From Bispira polyomma (Eukaryota): a DNA stretch of 64,000 nt. Position numbers and translations under genes: made by a program. The notes beneath the pieces are model-generated. The model saw nothing but the letters and a program-made list of their open reading frames with translations. It was not told where the DNA came from and did no database searches. The stretch spans positions 22,692,001 to 22,756,000 of the forward strand of contig OZ287755.1 of NCBI GenBank assembly GCA_965649765.1, in the 5' to 3' direction. Position 1 is the stretch's first letter, and each line of letters starts with the position of its first letter. Positions 38,228 through 51,876 of this stretch are shown here, piece by piece.

Positions 38228-39101
38228 ACATTATATATGTGTAGAGGGTTTTACACAATATTACATTATAGATGTGTAGAGGGTTTTACACAGTGTTATA
38301 GATGTGCATGAGCTAACACGATGTTACATCATAGATGCACATGGGTAAGACGATGTTACATTACAGATGTACATAGGTAAGACGATGTTACATTATAGAT
38401 GTGCCTGGGCTAACACAATGGTACATTATAGATGTGCCTGGGCTAACACGATGTCACATTATAGATGTGCATGGGCTAACACAATGGTACATTATAGATG
38501 TGTACATGGGCTAACACAATGTTTTATTATAGATGTACATGGGTAACATGATGTTACATTGTAGATTTACATGGGTAACATGATGTTACATTGTAGATTT
38601 ACATGGGCTAACACAATGTTACATTATTGATGTGTACAGTGTTTTACACAATGTTACATTATAGATGTGTACAGGGCTTTACACAATGTTACATTATAGA
38701 TGTGTACAGTGTTTTACACAATGTTACATTATAGATGTGTAGAGGGCTTTACACAATGTTACATTAAAGACGTGTACAGTGTTTTACACAATGTTACATT
38801 ATAGATGTGTAGAGGTTTTTACATGATGTTACATTATAGATGTGTACAGTGTTTTACACAATGTTACATTATAGATGTGTAGATGGTTTTACATAATGTT
38901 ACATTATAGATGTGTACAGGGTTTTTTACACAATGTTACATTATAGATGTGTACAGGGTTTTACATGATGTTACATTATAGATGTGTAGAGGGTTTTACA
39001 TGATGTTACATTATAGATGTGTAGAGGGTTTTACATGATGTTACATTATATATGTACATGGGTTCAACATGATATTACATTATAGATGTACATGGGCTAA
39101 C
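38228..39101. repeat. 32-35-bp minisatellite, about 26 copies
   Basis: Unit ATGTTACATTATAGATGTGTACAGGGTTTTACACA with blocks of subtypes. Confidence 0.95.
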
Positions 39102-39189
39102 AAGTATTGTGTGCAAGCTTGACAAGTCAGCTATATGACACCATACCCCACTAGCTACCTACCAAACAACATATTCTTTTTATTTACAA

Positions 39190-39473
39190 ACTTCTTTTTT
39201 CAAAGCTATCAATTTTAGCAGGCGCTTCTATCACGGCTCTTGTTGAATTGAACAAGCTCCCACAGACTTCAGCTCATAGGATACAATCACTAGTTTCAGA
39301 AGCTATCTCAAAGCCTACATTTTTAGACTGGAATACACTCCTTTATGTCCCTTCCCTGGTGGATGCTTTTTGCTAACAATCTTTGGCTTGCCCCTGGACA
39401 TTCCCTTTTTGGATATCAGCGCCTTAGAGGATGTTCTCATTAATTTGGCACTCTATAAATGCTTCCATTATTA
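39190..39473 (+). mobile_element. L2-type LINE 3' end
   Basis: SRRFY...NKLP...FRSYLKAYIFR-like ORF2 end, then CAGCGCCTTAGAGG...GCACTCTATAAATGC...(TTA)n tail. Confidence 0.65.
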
Positions 39474-40262
39474 TACCATGCTTTGTTTATGCAGGGGTTC
39501 ATATAATGCCATTTTATTGTATTGTATTCCAATTTATATTAGTTATCTGAATACCTGAGTAATATGCCCCAATTACCGAGCTGTGCTGTACTGTTGTTTA
39601 ATCATCAATATAATCAATCTTCTGAAAGTCTCAGTGTTTCTATTATGTTCTCATTTAATCAATGAAATCCGAGTCTTAACCTTCCAGGGTATGAAACCTT
39701 GATCAAAGGCATGGTCTACTTTGTTATTCTGATCTAGGCAGTAATGGGTTGTTACAGACGTTTACACAGGTTTGAAGTAATATAAATGTATACCTAAAGA
39801 GACACATAGGCCAGATTGTCATTGCAATATTCACGTCAGACTTCACACAAAGTTGCTTTCATGTCTAATCACTTTGATTTTAAAGGTTTGGAAAACCGTT
39901 AGATGTATATTCATTACCTACATGTATGCAAATATAAAATAAGGGTATTTTGAGAAGATGTTTCAGTTGATTTTTTAAAGGTAATTTTACATGCCCCTGA
40001 AATAAATACAACCTGACGAAGAACGTTTGGTGGTTATGTTACACTAACAGAACATTATATTACCTGCAAAAAAGGTCAGTTTTATTGTTCACTGGAGTGT
40101 CCAAGTAAAGGGACTGAATGTTTGTTTAGTAATTGTCATGACTTACTTTTATTTCACATTCAGATTTCTCCAAATTCTATTGAAAACACAAGTGGTGTAT
40201 TTTTGTGAATTAACAAAGTGTTGCAAAAAGTAAAATAGACAAGTAATGCAATAGACAGAACA

Positions 40263-40683
40263 TTTCTTGTTCCCAGTGTTGTTGTGTATCAGTTTGGGAA
40301 GAAGGTTTCTTGTTCCCAGTGTTGTCCTGTATCAGTTTGGAAAGAGGATTTCTTGTTTTCAGTGTTTTCGTGCATCAGTTTGGTAAGAGGGTTTCATGTT
40401 ACAGTGTCGTTGTGTATCAGTTTGGGAACAAGGTTTCTTGTTCCAGAGTTGTGTATCAGTTTGGGAAGAGGGTTTCATGTTCCCAGTGTTGTCGTGTATC
40501 AGTTTGGAAAAAAGGTTTCTTGTTCCCAGTGTTGTCCTGTGTCAGTTTTGGAAGAAGGTTTCTTATTCCCAGTGTTGAAGTATATCAGTTTGGGAAGAAG
40601 GATTCTTGTTCCCAGTTTTATCGTGTATCACTTTGGTAAGAGGGTTTCATGTTCCCAGTGTTTTCGTGTATCACTTTGGGAAG
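40263..40683. repeat. 43-bp minisatellite, about 10 copies
   Basis: Unit TTTCTTGTTCCCAGTGTTGTCGTGTATCAGTTTGGGAAGAAGG. Confidence 0.93.
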
Positions 40684-42202
40684 ATGTTACTTAGATTATA
40701 TCTTTAACATGTCACATAAACTGCCCTATTAGGAATAATAACCTAATCAGCAGGTAATAAATTTAACCACAAATATAAAGGTAAAAATAATTTAATAACC
40801 CCTCTCAGCTGAATTACTGGAAATATCACTGTATTCTAATTCCTTGGGTGGTCACTGTAGACATGCTTAGCTGAATACAGAAGTTATCTTAACATATCAA
40901 AACAAGGATATACCTTTCTATCTGGTATGCATAATACAAATACAGTCAGAATGGGGTTTTTGCAAGAACTTTCCTACAGCCATCCATCACTTAAAAACTT
41001 CAGGACAATTACATGTTTTTTTTCATACATTGTTGAGTAACAGGATTTATTGGGTATGTTCTGACAGATGTTTAGTTTCTACTGTTTTGACCTGTGCAGT
41101 CTTTAAGAATATATACTAGTATACATGTTTATATATGTATATATATACTATGTGTTGTCTGACTGACAACTTATGTCAAACTCTGGTAATGTATCTGAGA
41201 TCTCTACAAAACAACTCTGAATTATTTTGTGGAGTTGTAACATTTAAATATTTTACAACCAAGGTGTGTTTACACATTACCCACAGACGGCTAATATTTC
41301 TGTAGAAAATCCTAAGCCACAGATATGAGGTAGTGGATAACCAAGGAGAAGCCAAAGTATCAGTGGTTTGTTATACCTTAAGTAAGAATTATAAACTTTA
41401 ATTAGTCAATTAAATGGGCATAAACGAATACTGCCTGCCTTGTTATCTCCAAAGACAGCTGATACCTACATCTTTGGGGAGGAACATGAAATCATTTGCA
41501 TCATCTGTGATATACCTGCTTTTAATTGAGAGCCACCACTTTCCAAATAACATCTTAACAATTTAGCAGATTCTTGCCCAAAAAAGCCCCCAGAAATGAG
41601 TGAAAGTCACAAGTTATCTAGTAAAACAAATCTCAAACTTTTTACATAGACACATTCTACACTTCTGACATAATAAATGTAACATTTTATACCCCAACAC
41701 TTTTAAATGCCAGAAAATAACTCTAAAACGGACTCACATAAGAACTTAATACTTGCACTACTCTTATATTTTAGCATTGAAACAATCAAAGTAACAGAAA
41801 TTGTCTCGTATCCCAAGTCACAAAATGGGAGGTTGTTATGGTTCTGAACGTAACCATGAATTACATTAATAAAATACATCTTATTATAGAATGTCTTCTT
41901 ATTTTACATGTAAAATGAAGAAATATATTTTAGTCTTCTATAACATTTACTGTTTGTTAAAGATCCTTTGTTAGTAGCTCTCAGCTCTGACCATATCTGC
42001 TTGCTCTTTGTATTTGTGTTCTGATTTGCAGAATGCTGTTATTTTTCCATTCATGTATCACACAAACACACCAAGCTTGGTGTGAGTAAATAACGAGTCT
42101 GTCCTTGGAAGGGAGTGGATAGTCAGTGGGGGGGAGGGGGGGGGGCGGGCATTATTATCATCAGATAGATTACTGTCATACACACAGAGGTGAAATTGTA
42201 CA

Positions 42203-42662
42203 TGTTACAGTCAATCTGTGAAACGAGTCATTACGCGTAATGACTATAATTTTCAGTCATTTCGCGTAATGACTGAAACCACCAGTCATTACGCGTAATG
42301 ACTAAAATTTCCAGTCATTTCGCGTAATGACTGAATCCACTAGTCATTATGCGTAATGACTAAAATTTCCAGTCATTTCGCGTAATGACTGAAATTGATG
42401 GTTTATTTTTACACAGATTGACTAATCAGTATAATTTGATTTCAGTCAATCTGTGTAATGGTGTTGGTAATAGTTTTTACATAGATTGTCTAATCAGTAT
42501 GATAAGATTTCAGTCAATCTGTGTTATGGTATTGGTAATAGTTTACTGTGAAAAGATGTAGTAAGCCAATATGAAATGACTGGAAAATATAGTCATTACG
42601 CGTAATGACTGAAAGTTTCAGTCATTACCCGTAATGACTGATTTTACAGATTGACTGTAACA
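42203..42662. mobile_element. MITE with TGT...ACA termini and 4-bp TSD (Ginger-like)
   Basis: TIR TGTTACAGTCAATCTGT / ACAGATTGACTGTAACA, TSD TACA (42199-42202, 42663-42666), eight internal AGTCATTWCGCGTAATGACT-type palindromes. Confidence 0.85.
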
Positions 42663-44379
42663 TACACACGTTTCTCAACAACCCACAACAGTAGGCACAT
42701 GTCCTTGTTTCTGTATACTATGCCAATAGTCATGGAACTTTTTTCTAAAATCTTTTCTTTTCTATGGAATGATCAGAGTTGTACCACAAGTGCCCAGTTA
42801 ACTATATAGATAGGTATGTGTTCAAGGGTCCCAGGTTTCTCTAGTTTGTGGTATTCATGAAAACCTTGAACTCCAAAAATTATCACTCTGACGTTATTTT
42901 GTCAGGTAAGGTATTACTTTTACTTTTGCTACTGTCACATTCAACGGCCCTCACATTATTGCCATGTTCATGAGGTCAGAATAAATAACCCATGGGCAAC
43001 AACATCAGACAGCAGCCTGTGTCCAAAAATTCAACTTTGACATTATATATAGGTGATAACAGCACAAAATTTAGGCAGTCCATAGGGACTGTTTGCTAAA
43101 GGTGACTATAACAATTCTAGCATGTCAGTTGCTGTGAGTAATACAACCCTTCTGTTGACATTTACTCAAAATTTCCAAGCCCTCTTACTAATGTTTTTAA
43201 AAAATCTAAATTAAATTTAAATAGACAAAAAGTAGGGATCTCATTGCTCAGCTTGTAGACAACAGAAAAGGCACATAGCATTGTATTTCAAGACCCCATG
43301 TGTCATGCTGTAAATATGTGTTAAAATAGAACATTTTAATTAGATATTTTCAATTCTCTAAAGTTCTTTATGGATGACATTATCCCTAACCAGAGTAGAG
43401 ACTATTGACTTTTTATGTTCATGTTGCACTGAATTTACTCATGTTGAAATTGTACTGATTCACTGGTGTTAAAATTATATTGACTTTGTTAATGTTGAAA
43501 TTGTAATGAATTATCTTTTTTTCAAATTGTATCCACTTCACTGGTGTTGCAATCTTACTGACTATGGTTATGTGAAATTATACTAAATTATGTTAAATTT
43601 GCCACAGTCACCTCCAATTTTGTGTAACAAAGTCAATGTTATGATTTGATTATAATTATACATATACCTCAAATGTGGGAGTTTTAATTAGATCTCGCCT
43701 CACTTGGTACTGACTTTCAGTCATCTAGGAGTAGAAACCCACATTCATTCAATGTTATAACCTACCCCCCCTGAGAGCTGTCCATTTAGATTGCTCTTCC
43801 ACCCATTTTGACACGCAGCTCAGGGGAGAAGTTTGACTGTATTACTGCTCTGACCTTGGCTGTAGTGAGTGTTCACAATGGGCTCATCAAATGGTTGTCA
43901 GGGTCTACACTGCTGGAAATATGCTTAATATCTAGTAATTCAAGATAGCTGTTTTTACATTTCACATAATAGTCCAATCATTTGTCCTGCTAAAAGTACC
44001 GATAAGAGGTTTCAATATTATATAATGAGTGTGATGTCCTTGGTCACAATACGATTGGAATTACTAAGCTAGCTTTTGAAGAAGAGAAACACTCTTCTCA
44101 ATTAAGGCATTGATGAACTGTTTACCCATATTAAGGTAATACAAAGGGACGAGTAATGATGCCATTCACCAACAACAACACGCATTGACATTAAGGCACA
44201 TATGTTTCTGCTAGTTATAGCATTTATTTCCACATATGACGAGCAATATCCGAACTGCTAAGATGCAGAACACACAGTTTTCACATGTATGCTGGAGGTA
44301 AATTACAAGTAATATATATTGGATATCAGAGAGAGTAAAACAAGACTTAAATTAGTATAGTCACTATTGATGACATTGA

Positions 44380-44619
44380 CATGTCTAATAACCTGAGAGA
44401 CATGTCTTCTAACCTGAGAGAGGCCATTATAACATGTACCATAATGCTGTAACCTGACCACTCTCTAAATATCATGGGCATGTCTCCTAACCTGACATAG
44501 ACCACATTATAACATGTACTTTAGTGCTGTAACTTGACCACTCTCTAAACATCATTGACATGTCTCCTAGCCTGAGATAGACCATTATACCATGTACCTT
44601 AGTGCTGTAACTTGACCAT
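44380..44619. repeat. About 79-bp tandem repeat, about 3 copies
   Basis: CATGTCTCCTAACCTGA...CATTATAACATGTACC...TGCTGTAACTTGACCA recurs at 44401, 44479 and 44559. Confidence 0.85.
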
Positions 44620-45967
44620 TCAAACATTAAAGTTTTTAGGAACAAGGTGATATTAAAGCAGTTATAAGATCACAAGACATTGATAGGAAACCATGTCTTA
44701 CTGGGGCTAGAGAAAAGCAACCATAACAGGAGTCATCTGAGTGCAGGAAGAATGAGTTACTTTCAGCTCTCGACATGTCACTCACAGAATACCACAGATA
44801 TATTCAGAGTGGGAACATCTATCAATATTCTGAAAGAAAGATGATTGATGTGGACATAAAGCAGCTGTCATTGAAATGAGGACTTCATTGATGTTTGACT
44901 ACATCACATCTGCTTTCTTTACCACCATCGAGGCCCTCTGATATATCCAGGGTTGGAAACTTTAGAACACTGTCTACTGTGATTAAAATCTCGCAAGATC
45001 AACACATCATAAATTATACACTTCAAACTTCAGCCTTTTGGAGCATCAACTACTTTTGTAATGTTTAATTGTAATGTGTTATTTAATGTTTTACGTAACG
45101 ACTTCTTTGCTCCAAATCACCACCCTGACCCTGTGGCTGGCCAAATGTGAAACCAGAGTGTCTTTTAATACAATAATGCTGATATGGCCACCATATACTC
45201 AAACCCGCTTGGCATCCCAACAAATATTAATTTGACACCCCTTAGTTTAGATGGCTTGATTGCTTCCAACCGACATATAAAGGCCTTTCATATTATTTCA
45301 AAGATGGCGGCATCCTTTTTCAAGATGGCGATGCCATTTTCAGAATAAAAACAATATTAGGCTGTGTCTGATAATAATAGATGTCACATTACTAAAACCT
45401 GCCAAGGACGATGACTGATTTGTATTGTGATTTGAATTCCATCCATTGTTGTAACATCTCAGCCAGAGATCAAAGCTCTATTAGTTGGTGTCCTTGGTTA
45501 AGGTTGGACCAGAATATTAACTGATATTCTGTAAAACAAACACAATGTATAAGCTGGTGTAGGATCTTTAAAGGAGAGTAGTTATAGTTACTTAATGAGT
45601 GATATAGGAAATGGTAGATGGGTGTTTATGCTGTAATTATACAGTTAAAACTAAATAAAATATCAATACATATATAACATACATTGTGTGTATACTATAA
45701 TGACACAGGTAGTAATGAACCAAATTAGTATGTTACATACACAACTAATACTGTACCAAATTAAACTGTACACTTTTAAATATACAGTGTGTAATTAGTA
45801 TTTAAATTGAGTAGTGTTTAAATTAAGTTCAAAATATAAAAAAAGTATGAAAGAAACAGACAACTTTTAAAATTTGATAGTATACAGTATGAATATTGTT
45901 TTAACTGCACCATGATATTGTATTCAACATAATACGTTTTAACTGGACTTTCTAAATACAACAGGAC

Positions 45968-46750
45968 AGTATCTCTGGAGAAGTCACATGACCACACAGT
46001 CATTTAAGGCATTATTTTTGGGACAATCTATTTCTGGAAGCAGAACCTACGCCAAAACCTCTTCTGAAAATAGAACGTTTCCAAAGAAATCAGAAGTATC
46101 AAACAAAACGTGGTTATACAAGGCTGTTTTCGAAATGTATCTTTCAAAATAGTACAAATATATTATGTAATTAAAAAAGCAAAAATATTTCTTCTAAGAA
46201 GATATAAATACACATTCGTAACATATACACATATTTATAATTTAATTGTAATGTATAGTTAGCTTCTTTATTGCATATGGCATATTAGGTGTATAACTTC
46301 AAAAAGTGACTTTCAAATAAAGCCAACTCTCTACCAACCTAGCTTCATGGTTTGGTCAGTTCCGGAATACATAGTAATGCTTCTGTAAACAAAATAGCTT
46401 TCAAAGAAATAGCATCCCAGAGAAATGCGCCTATTGTATCACTAGAGAAATCACATGACCAAACAGTCATTGTATCTTTGGAGAAGTCACATGACCACAC
46501 AATCATTGTATTTTTGAAAAAGTCACATGACCACACAGTCATTGTATCTCTGGAGACGTCACATGACCACATAGTCGTTATATCTCTGGAGAAGTCACAT
46601 GACCACACAGTCATTGTATCTTTGGAGAAGTCACATGACCACACAGTCATTGTATCTTTGGAGAAGTCACATGACCACACAGTCGTTGTATTTCTGGAGA
46701 AGTCACATGGCCACACAGTCATTCTATCTTTGAAGAAGTCACATGACCAT
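45968..46750. repeat. 36-bp minisatellite split by an insertion
   Basis: Unit CATTGTATCTYTGGAGAAGTCACATGACCACACAGT. One unit at 45968-46004, about 8.5 units at 46434-46750. Confidence 0.9.
46005..46433. mobile_element. MITE-like insertion within the 36-bp array
   Basis: Degenerate TIRs TAAGGCATTATTTTTGGGA..CTATTTCTGGAAGC versus reverse complement TAGGCGCATTTCTCTGGGA..CTATTTCTTTGAAAGC. It interrupts a repeat unit at GTCAT|TGTATC. Confidence 0.6.
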
Positions 46751-49020
46751 CACAGTCCACGTTGCATTATTCTAAAAGAGTAAACTTGAACTGTGAATTG
46801 TGAAAGATTTATTTGTACAAGAAATCCCAGCTGTTTAAAATATTGCTTGAAATAATTGTATTTCATTGGGACTGTACATGTATAATATGATCAATATTTA
46901 TTACATAAACCACCAGTAAATTTCCTTTCCCGTGATAACATGAAATTAGATAAGACATTGAGGGATGTGAAGTTGTGTCCACAGTGTCCTATAAAGTCAC
47001 AGCAAAAGATAAACAGTTGGCTCTTACATTAATACTTCTAAATTATCTCCCAAAGAGGTCTTGGCTATGTACTTGTACTGTAGTTATTGAAACCGGTATC
47101 CCACATGGGCAACACAAATGCACGACAGTGTCGAGATCATTTGATGGTTATTGTCCTAATTGTTTGTGCATGGAAAAACGAAGAAAAGGACAATATGATG
47201 ACACCCAGAAGACACGCATGATATAGTTTTGAGACAAAGATATGACAAGGGTATTTATAAATGGCGACAGATGGTGATTTTCAGTTGTCTCATGACAGTA
47301 ATAAGACCATTGTAAAATATGAATGTAGTTTTTGTACGACATTGTTGCCAGATTGTCTCTTTCATGTCTCCTGTTTGTCGCTTACTGTCACCTTGCTGTC
47401 GCCTACTTCAATTGGTTTGGTGACAATAGAAGGTAATGACATTCCATCAAAGCGCGGCAACTTTAAAGAAAAGCGCGGCAACTTTAAAGATGTGACAATA
47501 AGGCGATTGTTTCCACATTATGGCCTTTAAGGGTTGTCATGGTGCAGAATTTAAACATTTTTAAATTCTGTGCCATAACAATCGAGCCAATGTGATTACT
47601 GAAGACAACAGTGAAAAAGTGTTAGACAAGTGTGGGGGCTTGTCGTGTGGGATGTCTTTCATCGTTAGCAATCTGTTCGCATTTTATATAACAATAATTC
47701 ACATTGTATTGTTCCATTGTAGCATTTTATCTCATGTACATCTATGAATATGATCGCCCCAAAGACCAGATGTCTCCATGTAGCAATTTCAGTAATTCTG
47801 TGAATTAAGTGACTTCTAATATTTCAGATCTGACCTTGGGACTGAAATGTCCTTGGTGACAAATAAAGCTGTATTTATTCCTGACCATGCTTTACAAGCT
47901 TTATTTTGTGGCCTTTTGTTTATTAGCTTAGAACAGTGCCAGTATTATTATTATTATTGACATTGTTTAGCACAGAATCAGAAATTCTTCCCTCTTTTTC
48001 TGAGCTACCATGGATACCTAATCTAACTAAAAAAAGTGGAAGAGTGACAATATCCTTATTTTGTTGGCAACACCAAGTCAGTAGAGGATTTGTTCTAGTT
48101 CCACTTCAGTTGGCATCTCTGTAATAGCAGCCCTTTGACTCTTAGCTTGGTACACAAAGTGTCTGACTACAAACAGACCTAATGGCTTCCTAGCATTAAT
48201 CACACACAGATCAGAGGTTTTTTCTAGGACAGGCTTTTATGTCTAAGTATTTAAAGGCCCGTTATAGCTTTCTAGGCTTCAGATATGTTATTGCTAGTCT
48301 TGAGTATTACAAATTGATAAACAAGGTATTATAAATACTGTCATAAATAGAAGTAAATTAAATAGAATTAGAGTATAATAACTTTTCAAATGCCTTTTAC
48401 AGGCCATTTTTTAGGATTACTGAAATCACGTCAAATGTTTAAAAGATATGGTTTATAGCTAGATACTACAATGCTCACAATAACAGTTCTTAAAGAAACC
48501 CTCTTGAGTAATAGGTATATCAGTAATCTTAATGTTTGATTTGCCTTTATAATATAAACACTATTTTTTAAGCAGGCTAGTTGAATGACTGTCACACAAA
48601 CTCCCTGGTCAAATTACAGTCTGTACAGGACTTGACCTAGTTCCACTTGAGTTGGCATCTGTGTAATACCAGGGAGTATAATTGTATGCTTCCATTTTCT
48701 GCTACTGATCCAGTCAAGTGTTCCTGCAATAAAGTAAAACTTGTAGTAGTTATAAAATATCGCAAATGGGTCTGTGCTGACATAAGCTAGCAATATCCAG
48801 TTTGCTACAATCAATCAGCCTTATTCTTTAGGTTCATTTGAAATCAATACCAGGCTGTGAATGTATCCTTTATCACGGGATGTATCCTTTATCAAGTAGA
48901 AGTAGAACACTATTGTTTGTCATACCCTTTGTCATAATAAACAATAAGGTGAACAAATAGTGTCAGAAACATAACGGACACTCATTGAAGATTTTAGTGT
49001 GAAAGCACTTGCTATATATA

Positions 49021-49099
49021 TGTCACAGGCCAAATTAAAATCAAGCCGGATTTAAAATCAGCATTTTGATTTTCCTAGATTTTAATTTGGCTTGTGACA
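49021..49099. mobile_element. 79-bp hairpin mini-element with TGT...ACA termini
   Basis: 22-bp TIR TGTCACAGGCCAAATTAAAATC / GATTTTAATTTGGCTTGTGACA (1 mismatch), flanked by TATA/TACA. Confidence 0.7.
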
Positions 49100-49642
49100 T
49101 ACATATATAAATTGTAAAAATGAAAGGTTCACACAAAGTTTGTAAAAAAATTGACACAGACACTTTGAATCTTGCACTATGATTTTAAACTGTGGTAATG
49201 CAGCGATAAGAAGCTGCTACACAGTAATGTTCTTGAATCCCCAATATTTTATATATCATTAGAAATTAGCTGTATTTATATACATATCAGAAAGGAATGT
49301 AATGTTAGTATTATGGATATTCTATTTTCTGTGTTGATGTGACATCTGAAGAGCTATCACAATCTGAAGAGGATCAAATTGGTGTTAAGGATATCTAACT
49401 GGTAGATAATTGTATAAGTAGCCATCAAAAAGCTGTGGTTCCAGACAGCCTCCTTAGACATATGACCAATCAGTGTGAAGAGGGGGAGACTGTACAGGGG
49501 GGCAGACAGAGATCTCCTCAAACAAGTAATTCAATCACAGGCCTATTTAAGCTGATCCCCTCGCTGATGTGCTGGATCATACCCTTTAACTGGAGACCTG
49601 AGGTCAGCTAGGGAGCAAGTAAATCATATAACCGGCTCCATT

Positions 49643-51876
49643 ATGTCTAGGTATGACAACTATAGAAATAGTATATATGTTAGTACCTTATCCTAATAAC
49701 AGTTATGTCTTAATGTCAAGTTATGACAACTATAGAAATAGTATGTATTTTAGTACCTTTTCCTAAAAACTTTTATGTCTTACTGTCAAGTTGTGACAGC
49801 TATATAAATAGTACATATTTTAGTACCTTATTCTAATAACCTTTATGTCTTACTGTCAAGTTGTGACAACTATAGAAATAGTACATATTTTAGTACCTTT
49901 TCCTAAAAACCTTTATGTCTTACTGTCAAGTTGTGACAGCTATAGAAATAGTACATATGTTAGTACCTTATTCTAATAACCTTTATGTCTTACTGTCAAG
50001 TTGTGACCACTATAGAAATAGTACATATTTTAGTACCTTTTCCTAAAAACCTTTATGTCTTATTGTCAAGTTGTGACAGCTATAGAAATAGTACATATGT
50101 TAGTACCTTATTCTAATAACCTTTATGTCTTACTGTCAAGTTGTGACAACTATAGAAACAGTACATATTTTAGTACCTTTTCCTAAAAACCTTTATGTCT
50201 TACTGTCAAGTTGTGACAGCTATAGAAATAGTACATATGTTAGTACCTTATTCTAATAACCTTTATGTCTTACTGTCAAGTTATGACAACTATAGAAATA
50301 GTACATATTTTAGTACCTTTTCCTAAAAACCTTTATGTCTTACTGTCAAGTTGTGACAGCTATAGAAATAGTACATATGTTAGTACCTTATTCTAATAAC
50401 CTTTATGTCTTACTGTCAAGTTGTGACAACTATAGAAATAGTACATATTTTAGTACCTTTTCCTAAAAACCTTTATGTCTTACTGTCAAGTTGTGACAGC
50501 TATAGAAATAGTACATATGTTAGTACCTTATTCTAATAACCTTTATGTCTTACTGTCAAGTTGTGACAACTATAGAAATAGTACATATTTTAGTACCTTT
50601 TCCTAAAAACCTTTATGTCTTACTGTCAAGTTGTGACAGCTATAGAAATAGTACATATGTTAGTACCTTATTCTAATAACCTTTATGTCTTACTGTCAAG
50701 TTGTGACAACTATAGAAATAGTACATATTTTAGTACCTTTTCCTAAAAACCTTTATGTCTTACTGTCAAGTTGTGACAGCTATAGAAATAGTACATATGT
50801 TAGTACCTTATTCTAATAACCTTTATGTCTTACTGTCAAGTTGTGACCACTATAGAAATAGTACATATTTTAGTACCTTTTCCTAAAAACCTTTATGTCT
50901 TACTGTCAAGTTGTGACAGCTATAGAAATAGTACATATGTTAGTACCTTATTCTAATAACCTTTATGTCTTACTGTCAAGTTGTGACAACTATAGAAATA
51001 GTACATATTTTAGTACCTTTTCCTAAAAACCTTTATGTCTTACTGTCAAGTTGTGACAGCTATAGAAATAGTACATATGTTAGTACCTTATTCTAATAAC
51101 CTTTATGTCTTACTGTCAAGTTGTGACAACTATAGAAATAGTACATATTTTAGTACCTTTTCCTAAAAACCTTTATGTCTTACTGTCAAGTTGTGACAGC
51201 TATAGAAAAAGTACATATGTTAGTACCTTATTCTAATAACCTTTATGTCTTACTGTCAAGTTGTGACAACTATAGAAATAGTACATATTTTAGTACCTTT
51301 TCCTAAAAACCTTTATGTCTTACTGTCAAGTTGTGACAGCTATAGAAATAGTACATATGTTAGTACCTTATTCTAATAACCTTTATGTCTTACTGTCAAG
51401 TTGTGACAACTATAGAAACAGTACATATTTTAGTACCTTTTCCTAAAAACCTTTATGTCTTACTGTCAAGTTGTGACAGCTATAGAAAAAGTACATATGT
51501 TAGTACCTTATTCTAATAACCTTTATGTCTTACTGTCAAGTTGTGACAACTATAGAAATAGTACATATTTTAGTACCTTTTCCTAAAAACCTTTATGTCT
51601 TACTGTCAAGTTGTGACAGCTATAGAAATAGTACATATGTTAGTACCTTATTCTAATAACCTTTATGTCTTACTGTCAAGTTGTGACAACTATAGAAATA
51701 GTACATATGTTAGTACCTTATTCTAATAACCTTTATGTCTTACTGTCAAGTTGTGACAACTATAGAAATAGTATATATTTTAGTACCTTTTCCTAAAAAC
51801 CTTTATGTCTTAGTGTCAAGTTATGACAACTATAAAAATAGTATATATGTTGGTACCTTATCCTAATAACCTTATG
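49643..51876. repeat. 70-bp satellite (about 32 monomers) organised as a 140-bp A/B dimer
   Basis: A: ..GACAAC..CATATTT..CCTTTTCCTAAAAAC; B: ..GACAGC..CATATGT..CCTTATTCTAATAAC. Strict alternation over about 49861-51680, degenerate edges. Confidence 0.97.

Noticed and set aside
46345-46783. ORFs from tandem repeats (also 40284-40694, 55406-55867, 27759-28043)
   Set aside because: Products of stop-poor minisatellites open in several frames or strands, with no supporting gene structure.
47079-47680. Harbinger-like MITE rich in GCGACA/TGTCGC motifs
   Set aside because: Composition suggests a transposon remnant, but I could not pair convincing TIRs or TSDs.
49643-51876. CRISPR-like array (also considered for 6176-6934, 38228-39101, 40263-40683)
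   Set aside because: Contiguous tandem units with no unique spacers, no cas genes, eukaryotic context.
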